A DNA stretch of 62,267 nucleotides, filler included, from Chiloscyllium plagiosum (taxonomy: Eukaryota): the NCBI RefSeq assembly GCF_004010195.1. It is 4 parts of one record of this genome, joined end to end, with 100 filler letters (N's around TTAATTAATTAA, not from the genome) between each part and the next. Parts side by side here need not be neighbours in the genome. Positions count along the whole stretch, not along the records: positions 15,046 to 38,116 come from NC_057716.1; positions 38,217 to 56,881 come from NC_057716.1; 2 more parts are not named here. The stretch is one strand, 5' to 3'. The number at the start of each line of letters is the position of its first letter. Position 1 is the first letter of the stretch. The notes beneath the pieces were generated by a model. The model searched no databases. It was not told where the DNA came from and saw nothing but the letters and a program-made list of their open reading frames with translations. The position numbers and the translations under genes are program-made. This document shows, piece after piece, positions 25,628 to 39,225 of the stretch.

Positions 25628-25902
25628 TTTCAATCTCAGTAACATCAAACTCAGGAACTGTGAGATATCATTTCATTTTATCCTTTGAGTTTGGACCTTG
25701 GTTAACATGGTTCATTTTCTTTTTATCTTAAACTCACGTCTGCAAGCTGTGGTATTTTGTTTGCCATGTGTTTGTATTTGTTTAGGATTAAGGAGATATA
25801 ATTCAGTTCAGTTTTTTTTTTAAAAGTAGTTTTGGATTATGATGTGTCTTGTTTAAAAAGTATATTTTGCTTGTAATAAATGAGTTACTTTCCGTTATAA
25901 AA

Positions 25903-28400
25903 GAAATTGAGAAACAAACTTGTAAGGAGATCTCAGCTATCTGTAAGAATAATAGGGTGGTTATGGTAGGGGATTTTAACTTTCCAAACATCGACTGGGA
26001 CTGCCATAGTGTTAAAGGTTTAGATGGAGAGTAATTTGTTAAGTGTGTACAAGAAAAGTTTCTGATTCAGTATGTGGATGTACCTACTAGAGAAGGTGCA
26101 AAACTTGACCTACTCTTGAGAAATAAGGCAGGGCAGGTGACTGAGGAATCTGTGGGGGAGCACTTTGGGGCCAGCGACCATAATTCTATTAGATTTAAAA
26201 TAGTGATGGAAAAGGATAGACCAGATCTAAAAGTTGAAGTTCTAAATTGGAGAAAGGCCAATTTTGACGATATCAGGCAAGAACTTTCGAAAGCTGATTG
26301 GGGCAGATGTTCGCAGGTAAAGTGACGGCTGGAAAATGGGAAGTCTTCAGAAATGAGATAACGAGAGTCCGGAGGAAGTATATTCTTGCCAGGGTGAAAG
26401 GAAAGTCTGGTAGGAATAGGGAATGCTGGATGACTAAAGAAATTGAGGGTTTGGTTAAGAAAAAGAAGGAAGCATATGTCAGGTATAGACAGGATAGATC
26501 GAGTGAATCCTTAGAAGAGTAGAAAGGAAGTAGGAGTATACTTAAGAGGGAAATCAGGAAGGCAAAAAGGGGACATAAGGTAGCTTTGGCAAATAGAATT
26601 AAGGAGAATCCAAAGGGTTTTTACAAATATATTAAGGACAAAAGGGTAACTAAGGAAAGAATAGGGCCCCTCAAAGATCAGCAATGCGGCCTTTGTGTGA
26701 AGCCACAGAAAATGGGGGAGATACTAAATGAGTATTTTGGATCAGTATTTACTATGGAAAAGGATATGGAAGATATAGACTGTAGGAAAATTGATGGTGA
26801 CATCTTGCAAAATGTCCAGATTACAGAGGAGGAAATGCTGGATGTCTTGAAACGCATAAAGGTGGATAAATCCCCAGCACCTGATCAGGTGTACCTGAGA
26901 ACTCTGTGGGAAGCTAGAGAAGTGATTGCTGGGCCTCTTGCTGAGATATTTGTATCATCGATAGTCACAGATGAGGTGCCGGAAGACTGTAGGTTGTCAA
27001 ACGTGGAGCCACTGTTTAAGAAGGGTGGTAAGGACAAGCCAGGGAACCATACATAGACCAGTGAGCCTGACATCAGAGGTGGGCAAGTTGTTGGAGGGAA
27101 TCCTGAGGGACAGGATGCATGTGTATTTGGAAAGGCAAGGACTGATTAGGGATAGTCAACATGGCTTTGTGCATGGGAAATCATGTCTCACAAACTTGAT
27201 TGAGTTTTTTGAGGAAGCAGCAAAGAGGAATGATGAGGGCAGAACGATAGGTGTGATCTATATGGACTTCAGAAAGGCGTTCGACAAGGTTCCCCATGGG
27301 AGACTGATTAGCAAGTTTAGATCTCATGGAATACAGGGAGAACTAGCCATTTGGATACAGAACTGGCTCAGAGGTAGAAGACAGGGTGGTGGTGGAGAGT
27401 TCTTTTTCAGGCTGGAGGCCTGTGACCAGTGCAGTGCCACAAGGATCGGTGCTGAGTCCTCTACTTTTTGTCATTTACATAATAATTTGGATGCGAGCAT
27501 AAGAGGTACAGTTAGTAAATTTGCAGATGACACCAAAATTGGAGGTGTAGTGGACAGCGAAAATGGTTACCTTAGATTACAACAGGATCTGGACCAGATG
27601 GGCCACTGGGCTGAGAAGTGGCAGATGGAGTTTAATTCAGATAAATGCGAGGTGCTGCATTTTGGGAAAGCAAATCTTAGTATGACTTATACATTTAATG
27701 GTAAGGTCCAAGGGAGTGTTGCTGAACAAAGAGATCTTAGAGTGCAGGGTCGTAGCTCCTTAAAAGTGGAGTCGCAGGTAGATGGGATAGTGCAGAAGGC
27801 GTTTGGTGTGCTTTCTTTTATTGGTCAGAGTATTGAGTACAGGAGTTGGGAGGTCATGTTGCGGCTGTACAGGACATTGGTTAGGCCACTGTTGGAATAT
27901 TGCATGCAATCCTGGTCTCCTTCCTATCGGAATGATATTGTGAAACTTGAAAGGGTTCAGAAAAGATTTACAAGGATGATGCCAGGGTTGGAGAATTTGA
28001 GCTATAAGGAGAAGCTGAACAGGCTGGGGCTGTTTTCCCTGGAGCGTCAGAGGCTGAGGGGTGACAATATAGAGGTTTATAAAATTATGAGGGGCATGGA
28101 TAGGATAAATAGGCAAAGTCTTTTCCCTGGGGTCGGTGAGTCCAGAACTAGAGGGCATAGGTTTAGGTTGTGAGGGGAAAGATATAAAGGAGACCTAAGG
28201 GGCAACTTTTTCACATAGAGGTTGGTACGTGTATGGATTGAGCTGCCAGAGGAAGTGGTGGAGGCTGGTACAATTCCAACATTTAAAAGGCATTTGGATG
28301 GGTATATGAATAGGAAGGGTTTGGAGGGATATGGGCCGGGTGCTGGCAGGTGGGACTAGAGTGGGTTGGGATATCTGGTCGGCATGGACGGGTTGGACCG
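25903..28400 (+). mobile_element. 5'-truncated young CR1 LINE ORF2 (endonuclease end, RT, 3' tail) with stops/frameshifts
   Basis: VMVGDFNFPNIDW, SDHN, RPVSLTS, QHGF, DFRKAFDKVPH, SKFADDTKIGG, LYRTLVRPLLEY; ORF 26971-28173. Confidence 0.95.
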
Positions 28401-29249
28401 TAGTTCTTTGAAGTAGAAATAGAAAAGTGAGAGCAAGCTAGGAGGATCAATTTTGAGAGGAGACAATAAAAGTTATACTTGAGACTAGGGCCATGAACAG
28501 TGAAGATCGATAAGTGATTCAATAGATCAACAGCTGCAGAAGTGCCAAAAGGCCAATGGTTGGGCAACTGGGAAACTGAAAGTGGAATGGTAGGTAATTT
28601 GCAGTAATGATTTACCAGGATTGGCAGAAAAAAGTAGGAAGTAGAAGGGTGAAGATGCAAAGAAGTGGTTAAGATAATCTCATCAGTGACTGAGATAAAG
28701 CAAACTGTTGCGCCACCTGAGAATCCATTGCAATCCTTCCCTCAAACTCTCCAATAAGCAACTCCTCATCCTTGGGTAATTGCAATCTCTAATTCACTCA
28801 TTTGCCCTTTTTCTGCTGTTGTAATGTTACCTCATGCACAGAACAACCCCCCCCCCCCCTTTGGATTCACTTACCTATATACATGAAAACAAAGTGCTGA
28901 TGCTGAAGATCTGAAAGAAAAACAGAATTTGCTGGAGAAACTCAGGAGGTCTGGCAGCATCAGCGGAGAGAAATCACAATTATTGATTCCAGTCCAATGT
29001 CCCTCCTTCAGTTTCGCCGGCAATTTCTGTTTTTGTTTATATTCATGGCCAATTACATGTATCTTTTACATGCACGAGATCTGTTGTGTGCATGTTGTAG
29101 AGGGCCTCTGCAGACAAATTGAGCAAATGATGTTTATTTGTAAATGTAAATGATATAAATACACATACAAATCTACAAATAACTTGAGGAATGATTGATA
29201 TGTGTTAGCCTGGTGGCACTACAGAGTTTTGTACACATTGTGAATGTGA

Positions 29250-29700
29250 TTATTTGAATAGTGCAGCAGGATAGAGAAGGCCTAACGCATATGCTTGCAT
29301 GTTGTACGCTGTCGTGCAAAACAGAAAATGAATCGGTGCAGCCGTCGATGGAAAGTAATGTGCAGCATTGCAGCGGTAGCCCAGGCTTTCCTCTCGCACG
29401 CACTGGAACCTGGCCCGCAGCGGTTGCCCCGGAGACGACGCCGCGGTTACCAAGGAGAGGGGTTTTGTGTGTATTCCGGGAGCCTGAGCTGGGGTGAAAC
29501 CGGGCGCCTGCGATTTGAAACAGGGATCCATTGAAATGGTTTCCTGAGAAGTGAGGATCGCCCGCGGTCTCTGCCGATATTCCCGGTTTCCGCGGGGCCG
29601 TCGCCTCATACTTTGGTTCATAGTGAAGGAGATGAACAGGTGAGTATGTGGCTGGAGAAACGGTTGGTGTTGTTCAGCCTCATTGTCCCGGCGCTGACCT
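29250..29700 (+). promoter_or_regulatory. CpG-island promoter with two RFX X-box-like sites
   Basis: The only non-repeat CpG-dense stretch in the window; GTTGCCCCGGAGAC (29423-29436) and GTTACCAAGGAGAG (29446-29459); donor CAG|GTGAGT at 29639/29640. Confidence 0.7.
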
Positions 29701-29755
29701 TTTCACTCATTCTTTCAGGTCATGGGACATGGCGCAGAGGTCAACTTTGTCCAGG
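29632..29755 (+). CDS. Putative first coding exons of an unidentified gene (29632-29639 joined to 29719-29755; MNRSWDMAQRSTLSR)
   Basis: 79-nt intron GTGAGT...GCTGAC...tttttcactcattctttcag; 37-nt exon followed by a second GTGAGT at 29756; start codon choice uncertain. Confidence 0.5.
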
Positions 29756-30159
29756 GTGAGTGCATGATCCTTTACTATAATCACTTGGGGTGCGATAGGG
29801 AGGAGTGTCCCTGCTTAGAGGAACACCAGCGTTTCGGTGTTAATTTCTTCAATAAAAGTACTTGACATAAAATTAATAAAGGTACACCGCACAAGTTCAA
29901 AATTGACATTGCATGATGTGCAATTTTCCTTCAATAGAGTACTGGCAATCTGCAACCTTGCTAAACGTAACAATTACATATTTAAACCATGTAATTCATT
30001 TCAAATATATAGCCCAAGGGGTTTTAGGGTGCCGTTTTAATATCGAAAGGCTGGACTCCACCTGATTTCAGGCCCAAATGACACCAGATCACCTGGAGGA
30101 GATGGACTGGCAACATTCTCCCTACAGTACGCCAGTGCCTCACCTGGTATATCAGACAT

Positions 30160-31270
30160 TAACTGATAACATTCTGGATTAGTGGTGCTGGAAGAGTACA
30201 GCAGTTCAGGCAGCATCCGAGGAGCAGTAAAATCGACGTTTCAGGCAAAAGCCCTTCATCAGGAATAAAGGCAGAGAGCCTGAAGGGNNNNNNNNNNNNN
30301 NNNNNNNNNNNNNNNNNNNNNNNNNNNNNNNNNNNNNNNNNNNNNNNNNNNNNNNNNNNNNNNNNNNNNNNNNNNNNNNNNNNNNNNNNNNNNNNNNNNN
30401 NNNNNNNNNNNNNNNNNNNNNNNNNNNNNNNNNNNNNNNNNNNNNNNNNNNNNNNNNNNNNNNNNNNNNNNNNNNNNNNNNNNNNNNNNNNNNNNNNNNN
30501 NNNNNNNNNNNNNNNNNNNNNNNNNNNNNNNNNNNNNNNNNNNNNNNNNNNNNNNNNNNNNNNNNNNNNNNNNNNNNNNNNNNNNNNNNNNNNNNNNNNN
30601 NNNNNNNNNNNNNNNNNNNNNNNNNNNNNNNNNNNNNNNNNNNNNNNNNNNNNNNNNNNNNNNNNNNNNNNNNNNNNNNNNNNNNNNNNNNNNNNNNNNN
30701 NNNNNNNNNNNNNNNNNNNNNNNNNNNNNNNNNNNNNNNNNNNNNNNNNNNNNNNNNNNNNNNNNNNNNNNNNNNNNNNNNNNNNNNNNNNNNNNNNNNN
30801 NNNNNNNNNNNNNNNNNNNNNNNNNNNNNNNNNNNNNNNNNNNNNNNNNNNNNNNNNNNNNNNNNNNNNNNNNNNNNNNNNNNNNNNNNNNNNNNNNNNN
30901 NNNNNNNNNNNNNNNNNNNNNGCGGAGGTGCGGGATGTGGACGAGATGCGTTGGAGGGCATCTTTAACCAGGTGGGAAGGGAAATTGTGGTCTCTAAAGA
31001 AGGTGGCCATCTCATGTGTTCTGTGGTGGAACTGGTCCTCCTGGGAGCAGATATGGCGGAGGCAGAGGAATTGGGAATATGGGATGGCATTTTTGCAAGA
31101 GGTAGGGTGGGAAGAGATGTAATCCAGGTAGCTGTGGGAGCCGGTGGGTTTGTAAAAAATGTCAGTGTCAAGTCGGTCATCATTAATTGAGATGGAGAGG
31201 TCCAGGAAGGGGAGGGAGGTGTCAGAGATGGTCCAGGTAAATTTAAGGTCAGGGTGGAATGTGTTAACAT
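30160..31270 (-). mobile_element. Penelope-like element (RT C-terminal region, terminal repeat with hammerhead core) spanning an N gap
   Basis: NTFHPDLKFTWTISDTSLPFLDLSISI...DIFYKPT.SHSYLDYISSHP..CKNAIPYSQFL.LR.ICS are hallmark PLE RT motifs. Confidence 0.9.
30288..30921. other. Scaffold gap (634 N)
   Basis: Plain N run inside a Penelope element. Confidence 1.
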
Positions 31271-31374
31271 TCAAGGTTGAATTTTCACAACGAATACAAG
31301 CCTTTAGGCCAGAATCCTGTGTCCAGGTGAAAACTGAGGTTAAGATTTTCAAGTGAGTCCTCCCATAATTAGCA

Positions 31375-32730
31375 TAGAACATAGAAGAATACAGCGCAGT
31401 ACAGGCCCTTTGGCCCTTGATGTTGCGCCGATCCAAGCCCACCTAACCTACACTAGCCCATATCCTCCATATGCCTAACCAATGCCTGCTTAAATGCCCA
31501 TAAAGAGGGAGAGTCCACCACTGCTACTGGCAGGGCATTTCATGAACTCACGAGATGGTTTTCCCACCCAATTAATTTTGGTCTTCCAAGCAAAAACAAT
31601 TCATTGGAGTGTGTTAAAATAACAATAGGGCAATCATATTAGGCAATTTCAACTTTGCCAACATTTTTTGGGATGGTCGTAGTGTAATGGGTTTTGAAGG
31701 GACAGATTCATTGAAATGTGTTCAGGAGAGCTTTTCATATCAAAATGTAGGTCAAACAAAGAATGGTGTGGTGCTGGACCTAATTCTGGGGACTGAAGCC
31801 AGATAGGTGTTCGAGGTGGCAGTGGGAAAGTTTTATTTAGTGATAGTGACCACAATGCTGAATGTTTTAAGTTTGTTATGGAAAAGGACCAAGATGGTGT
31901 GCAAAAACAGGGTTTTCGATTGGGTGAAAGCAGATTTTATTAAAATAAGACAGGATCTGCGAAAGTAGACCGGGAACAATGACTTGTGGATAAACCTACA
32001 GCCAAACAATGGGTGAATTAAAAAGAAATTGGGAAGAGTATAGGCCCAACATGTTCCCTTAGGGTGAAATGTAGGAGCAACAAGCACACTGAGCTTGGAA
32101 GTCTAGGAATATTCAGGATTGGATAAGAAGGAAAAGGGAGACTTTTAACAAATACAAAAGGAGCAAATCAAATGCACTGGTGGAGTATAGAAAGTGCAGG
32201 GGGAACCTTAAGAAAGCAATTAGGAGAGCAAAGAGGGAACATGAAAAACTCTGACAGGTAAGGTTAGGGAGAATGTCAAGATATTCTATAAGTATATCAA
32301 GGGGAAGAGGATAACCAAGGAAAGAATAGTCCTCATTAGGGACTGAGGGAGTAATCTGTACATGGAGCCGGTAGACATTGGTGGGATGTCAAATGAGTAC
32401 TTCACATCTGTCTTCACTTTGGGGAAGGAAGATGTAGGTACAGAATTCAAGAACAAAGACTGTGAGTTTGACATGGGTATCAGGGAGCTATTGGAGATTT
32501 TGGATGTTGTGTGAAGTGAGGGAAGAAATTACAATTTCTTAATTTACTAATTCCTTTCTGGTCTCAGGGGAGGTGCCAGAGGACAGGAGGATAGCTAATG
32601 TGGTGCCATCTTTCAAGAAGGGTAGTTGAGCTGAATCAAGAGATTACAGAACCAATGTGCCTCACACCAGTGATGTGGAATATCGGAGAAAATTCTGAAA
32701 AAGATAATTAATTTTCACATGGCAAGGCAA
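31375..32730. mobile_element. CR1 fragments (minus-strand 3' tail ~31375-31552; plus-strand decayed ORF2 ~31630-32730)
   Basis: CATAGAACATAGAA tail; GATAGTGACCACAAT (SDHN); TTCTATAAGTATATCAAGGGGAAGAGGATAACC. Confidence 0.75.
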
Positions 32731-33139
32731 GTGTATGCTTCAGCCTTCTCTTTCGCACTGGTGCGTTCTCCATCCCCATATTTGAAGGTGGGGATATTTG
32801 TGGAGTCTCCTCCTCCAGTGGGTTATTTAATTGCCCACCACTGCTTGTGGCAGGACTGCAAAGCATAGATCTGATTTGTTCATTGTAAATTGCTTGGCTC
32901 TATCTGTCACTTGCTGCATATGCTGTTTGACACACAAATAGTCCTGTTTTGTAGCCTTACCAGGTTGCACCTTCTTTTGGAGTATGTCTAGTTTATCTGC
33001 TCCTGGCATGCTCTCCCACATTCTTCATTGAACTAGGGTTGACAATCTGGCTTGATGATAATAGTAAGATGGGGGATATGCTGAGCCATGAGGTTGTAGA
33101 TTATTTGGAGTATGCATGGTGGTCCACAGTGCAACATGG

Positions 33140-34735
33140 AAGAGTCAAAACATTTGGTGCTGGAAAAGCACAGCCAGTCAAGCAGCATTCAAGGAGCAGA
33201 AGAATCAACGTTACAAGTAGAAGCTCTTCATCAGGAATGTGGGGGAGTCCAAGGGAGCTGAGAGATAAATAGGAGGGGAGTGGGGCTGGGGGGAAGGTAC
33301 CTGGGAATAAGTTGAAGATGGAGGATGATTGTGATAGGTCGGAGTGGAGGGTAGAGCAGATAGGTGGGAAAGAAGATGGACAGGGAGGGCAGTGCCAAGT
33401 TGGAAAGTTGGATCTGAGATAAGGTGGGGGGAAGGGAGGTGAGGAAGCTGGTGAAATGGACATGGTTCCCAAATGTTTGAAGGGTCCCAAGGTGGAAGAT
33501 GAGGCATTCTTCTTCCAGGTGTTGGGTGGCTAGAATTTAGCGATGGAGAAGGTCCAGGACTTATTTGTCCTTGGTGAAGTGGGAGGGGTAGTTGAAGTGT
33601 TTGGCCACAGGGCGGTGGGATTGTTTAGTGTGTGTGTCCCAGGGATGTTCTCACATTGGGTTGCAATGGACACAGTAGATGAGGTGTTTGGAGGTGCAGG
33701 AAAATCTGCCGGATGTGGAAGGATCCTTTGGGGCCTTGGTTGGAGGTGAGGGGGGAGGTGTGGGTGCAGATTTTCCATGCCTGCAGTGGCAAGAGAAGGT
33801 GCCGGGCGTGGAGGATGTGTTAGTGGGGGTAATGCACTTACCAAGGGAGTCGCGGAGGGAATGGTCTCTGCAGAATGCAGATAGAAATAGGGAGGGAAAT
33901 ATATGTCTGATGGTAGGGTCTGTTTGTAGGTGGTGAAAATTGTGGAGGTTGACGCGTTGTATTCGGAGGTTGGTGGGGTGGAAGGTGAGGATCGGGGGCT
34001 TCTTTTCTTGTTGCGATAGGAGGGGTGGGGTTCAAGAGTGGAGGTGCGGGAGGTGGAGGAGATGCACTGGAGTCCCCTACTCCCAATTCCTCCACCTCCA
34101 CCGCATCTACTTAGAGGAGAACCAATTCCACCATAGGACATCCCTGATGGCCTCCTTCTTCAAGGACTGCAAATTCCCCTCCCGCATAGTCAATGATGCC
34201 AATTGACTCAACCCACTGATGCCCACAGCCGCCTGGACTACACCACCTCCTACCCACCTCCTGTAAAAATGCTATTCCCTATTCCCAATTCCTCCGCCTC
34301 CACCGCATCTGCTCCCAGGAGGACCAGTTCCACCATAGAAAATCCCAGATGGCCACCTTCTTCAAGGCATGTAATTTCCCCTCTCACGTGGTCAATGATG
34401 CCAATTGGCTGAACACTTCAACTCTCCCTCCCATTCCACCAAGGACATGCGAGTCCTGGGCCTCACCTACCACCAAATTCTAGCTACCCAATGCCTGGAG
34501 GAAGAATGCCTCATCTTCTGTTTTGGTATCCTCCAACCAAGCGGGATCAATGTTGATTTCACCAGTTTCTTTATTCCCTCCCCCCCCCACCCCCAGCTTC
34601 CCACATACCTGATTAAGAGCTTCTCCAGCTCTTGTTGACTCTCCAGCTCCTCGGATGCTGCATGACCGGCTGTGCTTTTCCAGCACTACACGTTTTGACT
34701 CTGATCTCCAGCATCTGCAGTCCTCACTTTCTCCT
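33140..34735. mobile_element. Penelope-like element with inverted termini and internal inversion
   Basis: Termini are reverse complements; AEHFNSPSHSTKDMRVLGL...LIFCFGILQPSGINVDF on plus (34405-34570) and homologous sequence on minus (33480-34070). Confidence 0.8.
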
Positions 34736-36624
34736 CATGCAACATGTAAGTCTAGTCTTGTGTCACTATGTCTGTTTGAAATCAATGTGATGTTAGGTAT
34801 TCTCAATGTGAAAATGGATTTTTTTTCCAAAAGTGCCATGCAGTGTTCACTCTTGCCAATATGTCATGAACAGAGGCATCTGACAGATGCCAATGCATGA
34901 TTAATTTGTAAGATTGAATTTCTCTGCAATTAGAAGTTGGAAATACCTGGAAGTTCTTAGCGTTTACATATCTTAAAACTTAAATTTTGTTTCATTATAG
35001 CCATTTTGAAGATAAGAAACCTCCCTAATTGACCAGAGATTAAGATGGCACATTGAGTTGACTTTCATCTTTCTTCCTTTTACTTCCATTTTTAAAGCAT
35101 TTTGTAGGCTAGTTATAAAAACTTAAGTTGTAAGGTGAAGTATTTTGCCATTTATTAACCTCCTTTGTCTCTTTGTCCTCATGCATTAGCTCAGTCTTAA
35201 TTTGAAGGAGCACAATGTTCCCAAAAGAAGCATAAATACCTCTGTTGATATACTGCTTTTCAGACAATGATGTACTTTTAAAATGCAGTCACTATTGTAA
35301 TGTATAGAAAAACAAATGCCACAGCAAGGCCTCATAGATATGATTCCCTTACTGTTCTTCACAACGTGCTGTAGTATCTTTTGTTTTCATATAAAAGAGA
35401 GAGCGGACAGTTTTGACATTCCATCTGAGAAGTCAGCCTGAATTATGTGCTTAAATAACATGAGTCAGGCTTAAACAAATAACATTTCCAAATTAGAAGT
35501 AAAAGCGCTACAACTGAAAAAAGGCTTACACTAAGACTGAAGTTTGTAGTGGTACTTAATAGTTGGAGGTATTCAATATGGTTTGGGGTGATGGTGTCAG
35601 ACGGAAATACTAGTAACGAGTGATAGGTTAATGGAGGAATTACTACATTGTTGGAATTTAAGTGTTTTGATAGGTTCTTGAATCTGGGAGAGTCTAGGTG
35701 GTTTCTGTAGTTTGGCCAGGGTGTCATTTGGTGTTGTTGTAAAAGAATAATGTTTTCATGAATGGAAGTTCTAGTATTTGGAGTATCATTGGTGTAGTGA
35801 AAGTGTTTTGTTGCAGTCTGGAAATAGTGATACTAGGATCTAGAATAAACCTTAGAATAAACTGTTGGCTTGTGTACACTGATAGATCTTAGTTGCAGGA
35901 TCTGTGAGAACAGAGAGGGTGTTTGTGTGGGTGTGTGGGAATTGTGGGAGTTAATTTCAATCTGCATGAAAATTGGTGCATGGAAGAACATGAAAAAGAT
36001 GGTCATGCTGGAATGAGAATCTCACAATTTGAGAGTATTGATGGGGTGTTATGGGCACTTTGGGAGAGGAGTCTGTATGTTTTGAAAAGATGTAGAATTG
36101 TTATGATGAACAATAGAACTGTGATCCAGGGGTCTTTGATTTGTGGGATAGATATCATGGCTGGAATGTTTTAGGATGGGATATAGCATAAATATACTGG
36201 ATGGCATTCAGGAGACCAGGCATAGAACTTATTTGTGATCCATGGGTGCATTTGTAGGATTGAGTGAAAGGCGGATTGTGATAGCACTATGAGGCCAAAT
36301 CTACCAGTTAGAAGACGATGGCCAATGAGGATATTGTCTGATTGCCCGCTGTCTTTTGCAATGTTGTCAGATACCCCATGTCTTACATGCTCTTATCATC
36401 AGTATTCTAGCTGTGAACTTGTATTCTTAGATTGGTGTGCCACTTTTGCTCTTTCAAACTGCAGTTGTTGGGTATGGGATGGATTTATGTGATTTTCAAG
36501 CGCTATTGTTGTACTTTCTAATGAAATTTGCACTTTAAAATAACTAAAACAGGTCTTACAGGTACTGCTGATGAATTGAGGGCATGTCATAGCTGTTACA
36601 GAAACTTGGCTGATGGAATGACAG

Positions 36625-36750
36625 GAGAAAGTGAGGACTGCAGATGCTGGAGATCAGAGTCGAGAGTGTGGTGCTGGAAAAGCACAGCAGGTCAGGTAGC
36701 ATCTGTGGAGCAGGAGAATTGACGTTTCGGGCATAAGCCCTTCATCAGGA
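36625..36750 (-). mobile_element. Penelope terminal repeat with intact minimal hammerhead core
   Basis: Minus 36748-36721: CTGATGA AGGGC TTAT GCCC GAAA CGTC. Confidence 0.75.
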
Positions 36751-38116
36751 AGGATAGAACTGGAAGCTCAGTATTCCAGCTTTTAGATGCTATGGGAATG
36801 CTTGAGAGGGAGGAAAGAGAGGAGGGGGAATGGCGTTTTTGATTAAGGAAAACATTATTGCTGTACTTAGGATGATTCATCATCCATTGAAGCTATATGG
36901 GTAGAACTTAGAAATAAGAAAGGGATGATCATCTTGATTAATTGTACTAATGCCCCTCTCCCCCACCACCAGTAGTTAGAGGGAAATTGAGGAACAAAGA
37001 TGAAGAGTAATCGCAGATATATATAAGAATAATAAGATTGTAATGGTAGGGAATTTTAATTTTACAAACATTGACTTGGACTGCACAGGTGTTAAGGGCT
37101 TGGATGATGAATAATTTGTTAAATGTGTTCAAGATAATTTTCTTTATCAATATGTAAATGTACCTACTATAGAAGGAGCAAAACTTGACCTTCTAGAACA
37201 AAGAGAACAAAGAAAATTTACAGCCCAGGAACAGGCCCTTCGCCCCTCCACACCTGAGCCGATCCAAATCTACTCTCTAAACCTGTCGCCCAATTCCTAA
37301 GCATCTATATCCCTTTGCTCCCCACCTACTCGTGCATCTGTTCAGACGCATCTTAAATGAATCGACCGTGCCTGCTTCTACTACCTCTGCTGGCAAAGCG
37401 TTCCAGACATCCACCACCCCCTGTGTAAAGTACTTGCCGTGTATATCCCCCTTAAATCTTTCACCTCGCACCTTGAAAGCGTGACCTCTTGTTATTGAAT
37501 CCTTCACCCTGGGAAAAAGCTTATCTCTCTCAACCCTGACTATACACTTCATGATTTTGTGGACCTCAATCAGGTACCCCCTCAATGTCTTTTTTTTCCA
37601 ATGAACACAAACCTAACCTACTCTCTTCATAGCACATACCTTCCATACCAGGCAACATCCTCATAAACTTTCTCTGCACCCTCTCCAAACAGTCCACATC
37701 CTTTTGGTAATGTGGTGACCAGAACTGCACACAGTATTCTAAATGCGGTCTGTACACAGTATTCTAAATTTCTCTTGGGAAATAAGGCAGGGCAAGTGAC
37801 TGAAGTGTATGTAGGGGAACACTTTGGGATTAGTGATCATAATTCTATTAGTTTTAAAATATTTATTTCAATGCAAGGGGCCTAACAGGGAAGGCAGATG
37901 AACTCAGGGCATGGTTAGGAACATAGGACTGGGATATCATAGCAATTATGGAAACATGGCTCAGGGATGGGCAGGACTGGCAGCTTAATGTTCCAGAATA
38001 CAAATGCTACAGGAAGGATAGAAAGGGAGACAAGAGAGGAGGGGGAGCGGCATTTTCGATGATGGATAGCATTACAGCTTACTGAGGAAGGATATTCCCG
38101 GAAATACATCCAGGGA
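36750..38116. mobile_element. CR1 endonuclease fragments (plus) with a nested CR1 3' end (minus, ~37195-37770)
   Basis: RPHLEYCVQFWSPHYQKDVDCLERVQRKF on minus; WDIIAIMETWL...RKDRKGDKRGGG on plus. Confidence 0.85.
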
Positions 38117-38216
38117 NNNNNNNNNNNNNNNNNNNNNNNNNNNNNNNNNNNNNNNNNNNNTTAATTAATTAANNNNNNNNNNNNNNNNNNNNNNNNNNNN
38201 NNNNNNNNNNNNNNNN
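38117..38216. other. Artificial contig linker (44N-TTAATTAATTAA-44N)
   Basis: Identical 100-bp spacer. Confidence 0.95.
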
Positions 38217-39225
38217 ACCCTCCTCCCTGACCTATCACCTTCATCCCCTCCCCCACTCTCCTATTGTACTCTATGCTACTTTCTCCCCACCTCCACCCTC
38301 CTCTAGCTTATCTCTCCACCCTTCAGGCTCTCTCCCTTTATTCCTGATGAAGGGCTTTTGCCCAAAACGTCGATTTTGCTACTCCTCGGATGCTGCCTGA
38401 ACTGCTGTGCCCTTCCAGCATCACTAATCCAGAATCTGGTTTCCAGCATCTGCAGTCATTGTTTTTACCTAAATGCGAGGTGATGCGTTTTGGAAGGTCG
38501 AATTTGAAAGCTGAGTACAGGATTAAGGATAGGATTCTTGGCAGTGTGGAGGAACAGAGGGATCTTAGTGTGCAGGTACATAGATCCCTTAAAATGGCCA
38601 CCCAAGTGGACAGGGTTGTTAAGAAAGCATATGGTGTTTTGGCTTTCATTAACAGGGGGATTGAGTTTAAGAGTCGTGAGATCTTGTTACAACTCTATAA
38701 AACTTTGGTTAGGCCACACTTGGAATACTGCGTCCAGTTCTGGTCGCCCTATTATAGAAAAGATGTGGATGCTTTGGAAAGGGTTCAGAGGAGGTTTATC
38801 AGGATGCCGTCTGGACTGGAGGGCTTATCTTATGAAGAGAGGTTGACTGAGCTCGGACTTTTTTCATTGGAGAAAAGGAGGAGGAGAGGGGTCCTAATTG
38901 AGGTATACAAGATAATGAGAGGCATAGATGGAGACTATTTTCCAGGGCAGAAATGACTAACATGAGGGGTCATAGTTTTAAACTGGTTGGAGGAAAGTAT
39001 AGAGGGGATGTCAGAGGCGGGTTCTTTACACAGAGAGTTGTGAGAGCATGGAATGCGTTGCCAGCAGCAGTTGTGGAAGCAAGGTCATTGGGGACATTTA
39101 AGAGACTGCTGGACATGCATATGGTCACAGAAATTTGCGGATGCATACATGAGGATCAGTGGTCGGCACAACATCGTGGGCTAAAGGGCCTGTTCTGTGC
39201 TGTACAGTTCTATGTTCTATGTTCT
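38217..39225 (+). mobile_element. Penelope terminal repeat (38217-38470) abutting a CR1 3' end (38470-39225)
   Basis: CCTGATGAAGGGCTTTTGCCCAAAACGTC; KCEVMRFG...LYKTLVRPHLEYCVQFWSP; (TTCTATG)n tail. Confidence 0.9.

Noticed and set aside
26971..28173. 400-aa RT ORF as an active or domesticated gene
   Set aside because: Part of a 5'-truncated CR1 with stops and frameshifts, including an out-of-frame internal segment
28869..28876. Perfect minus-strand donor AG|GTAAGT upstream of the CpG island (bidirectional promoter?)
   Set aside because: A single motif with no supporting exon; not enough evidence
30159..31442. Long 427-aa and 354-aa ORFs
   Set aside because: Length comes from reading through 634 N; the real part is a Penelope fragment
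35500..36600. G/T-skewed stretch that may be an ancient retroelement
   Set aside because: No motif recovered by manual translation; cannot be classified
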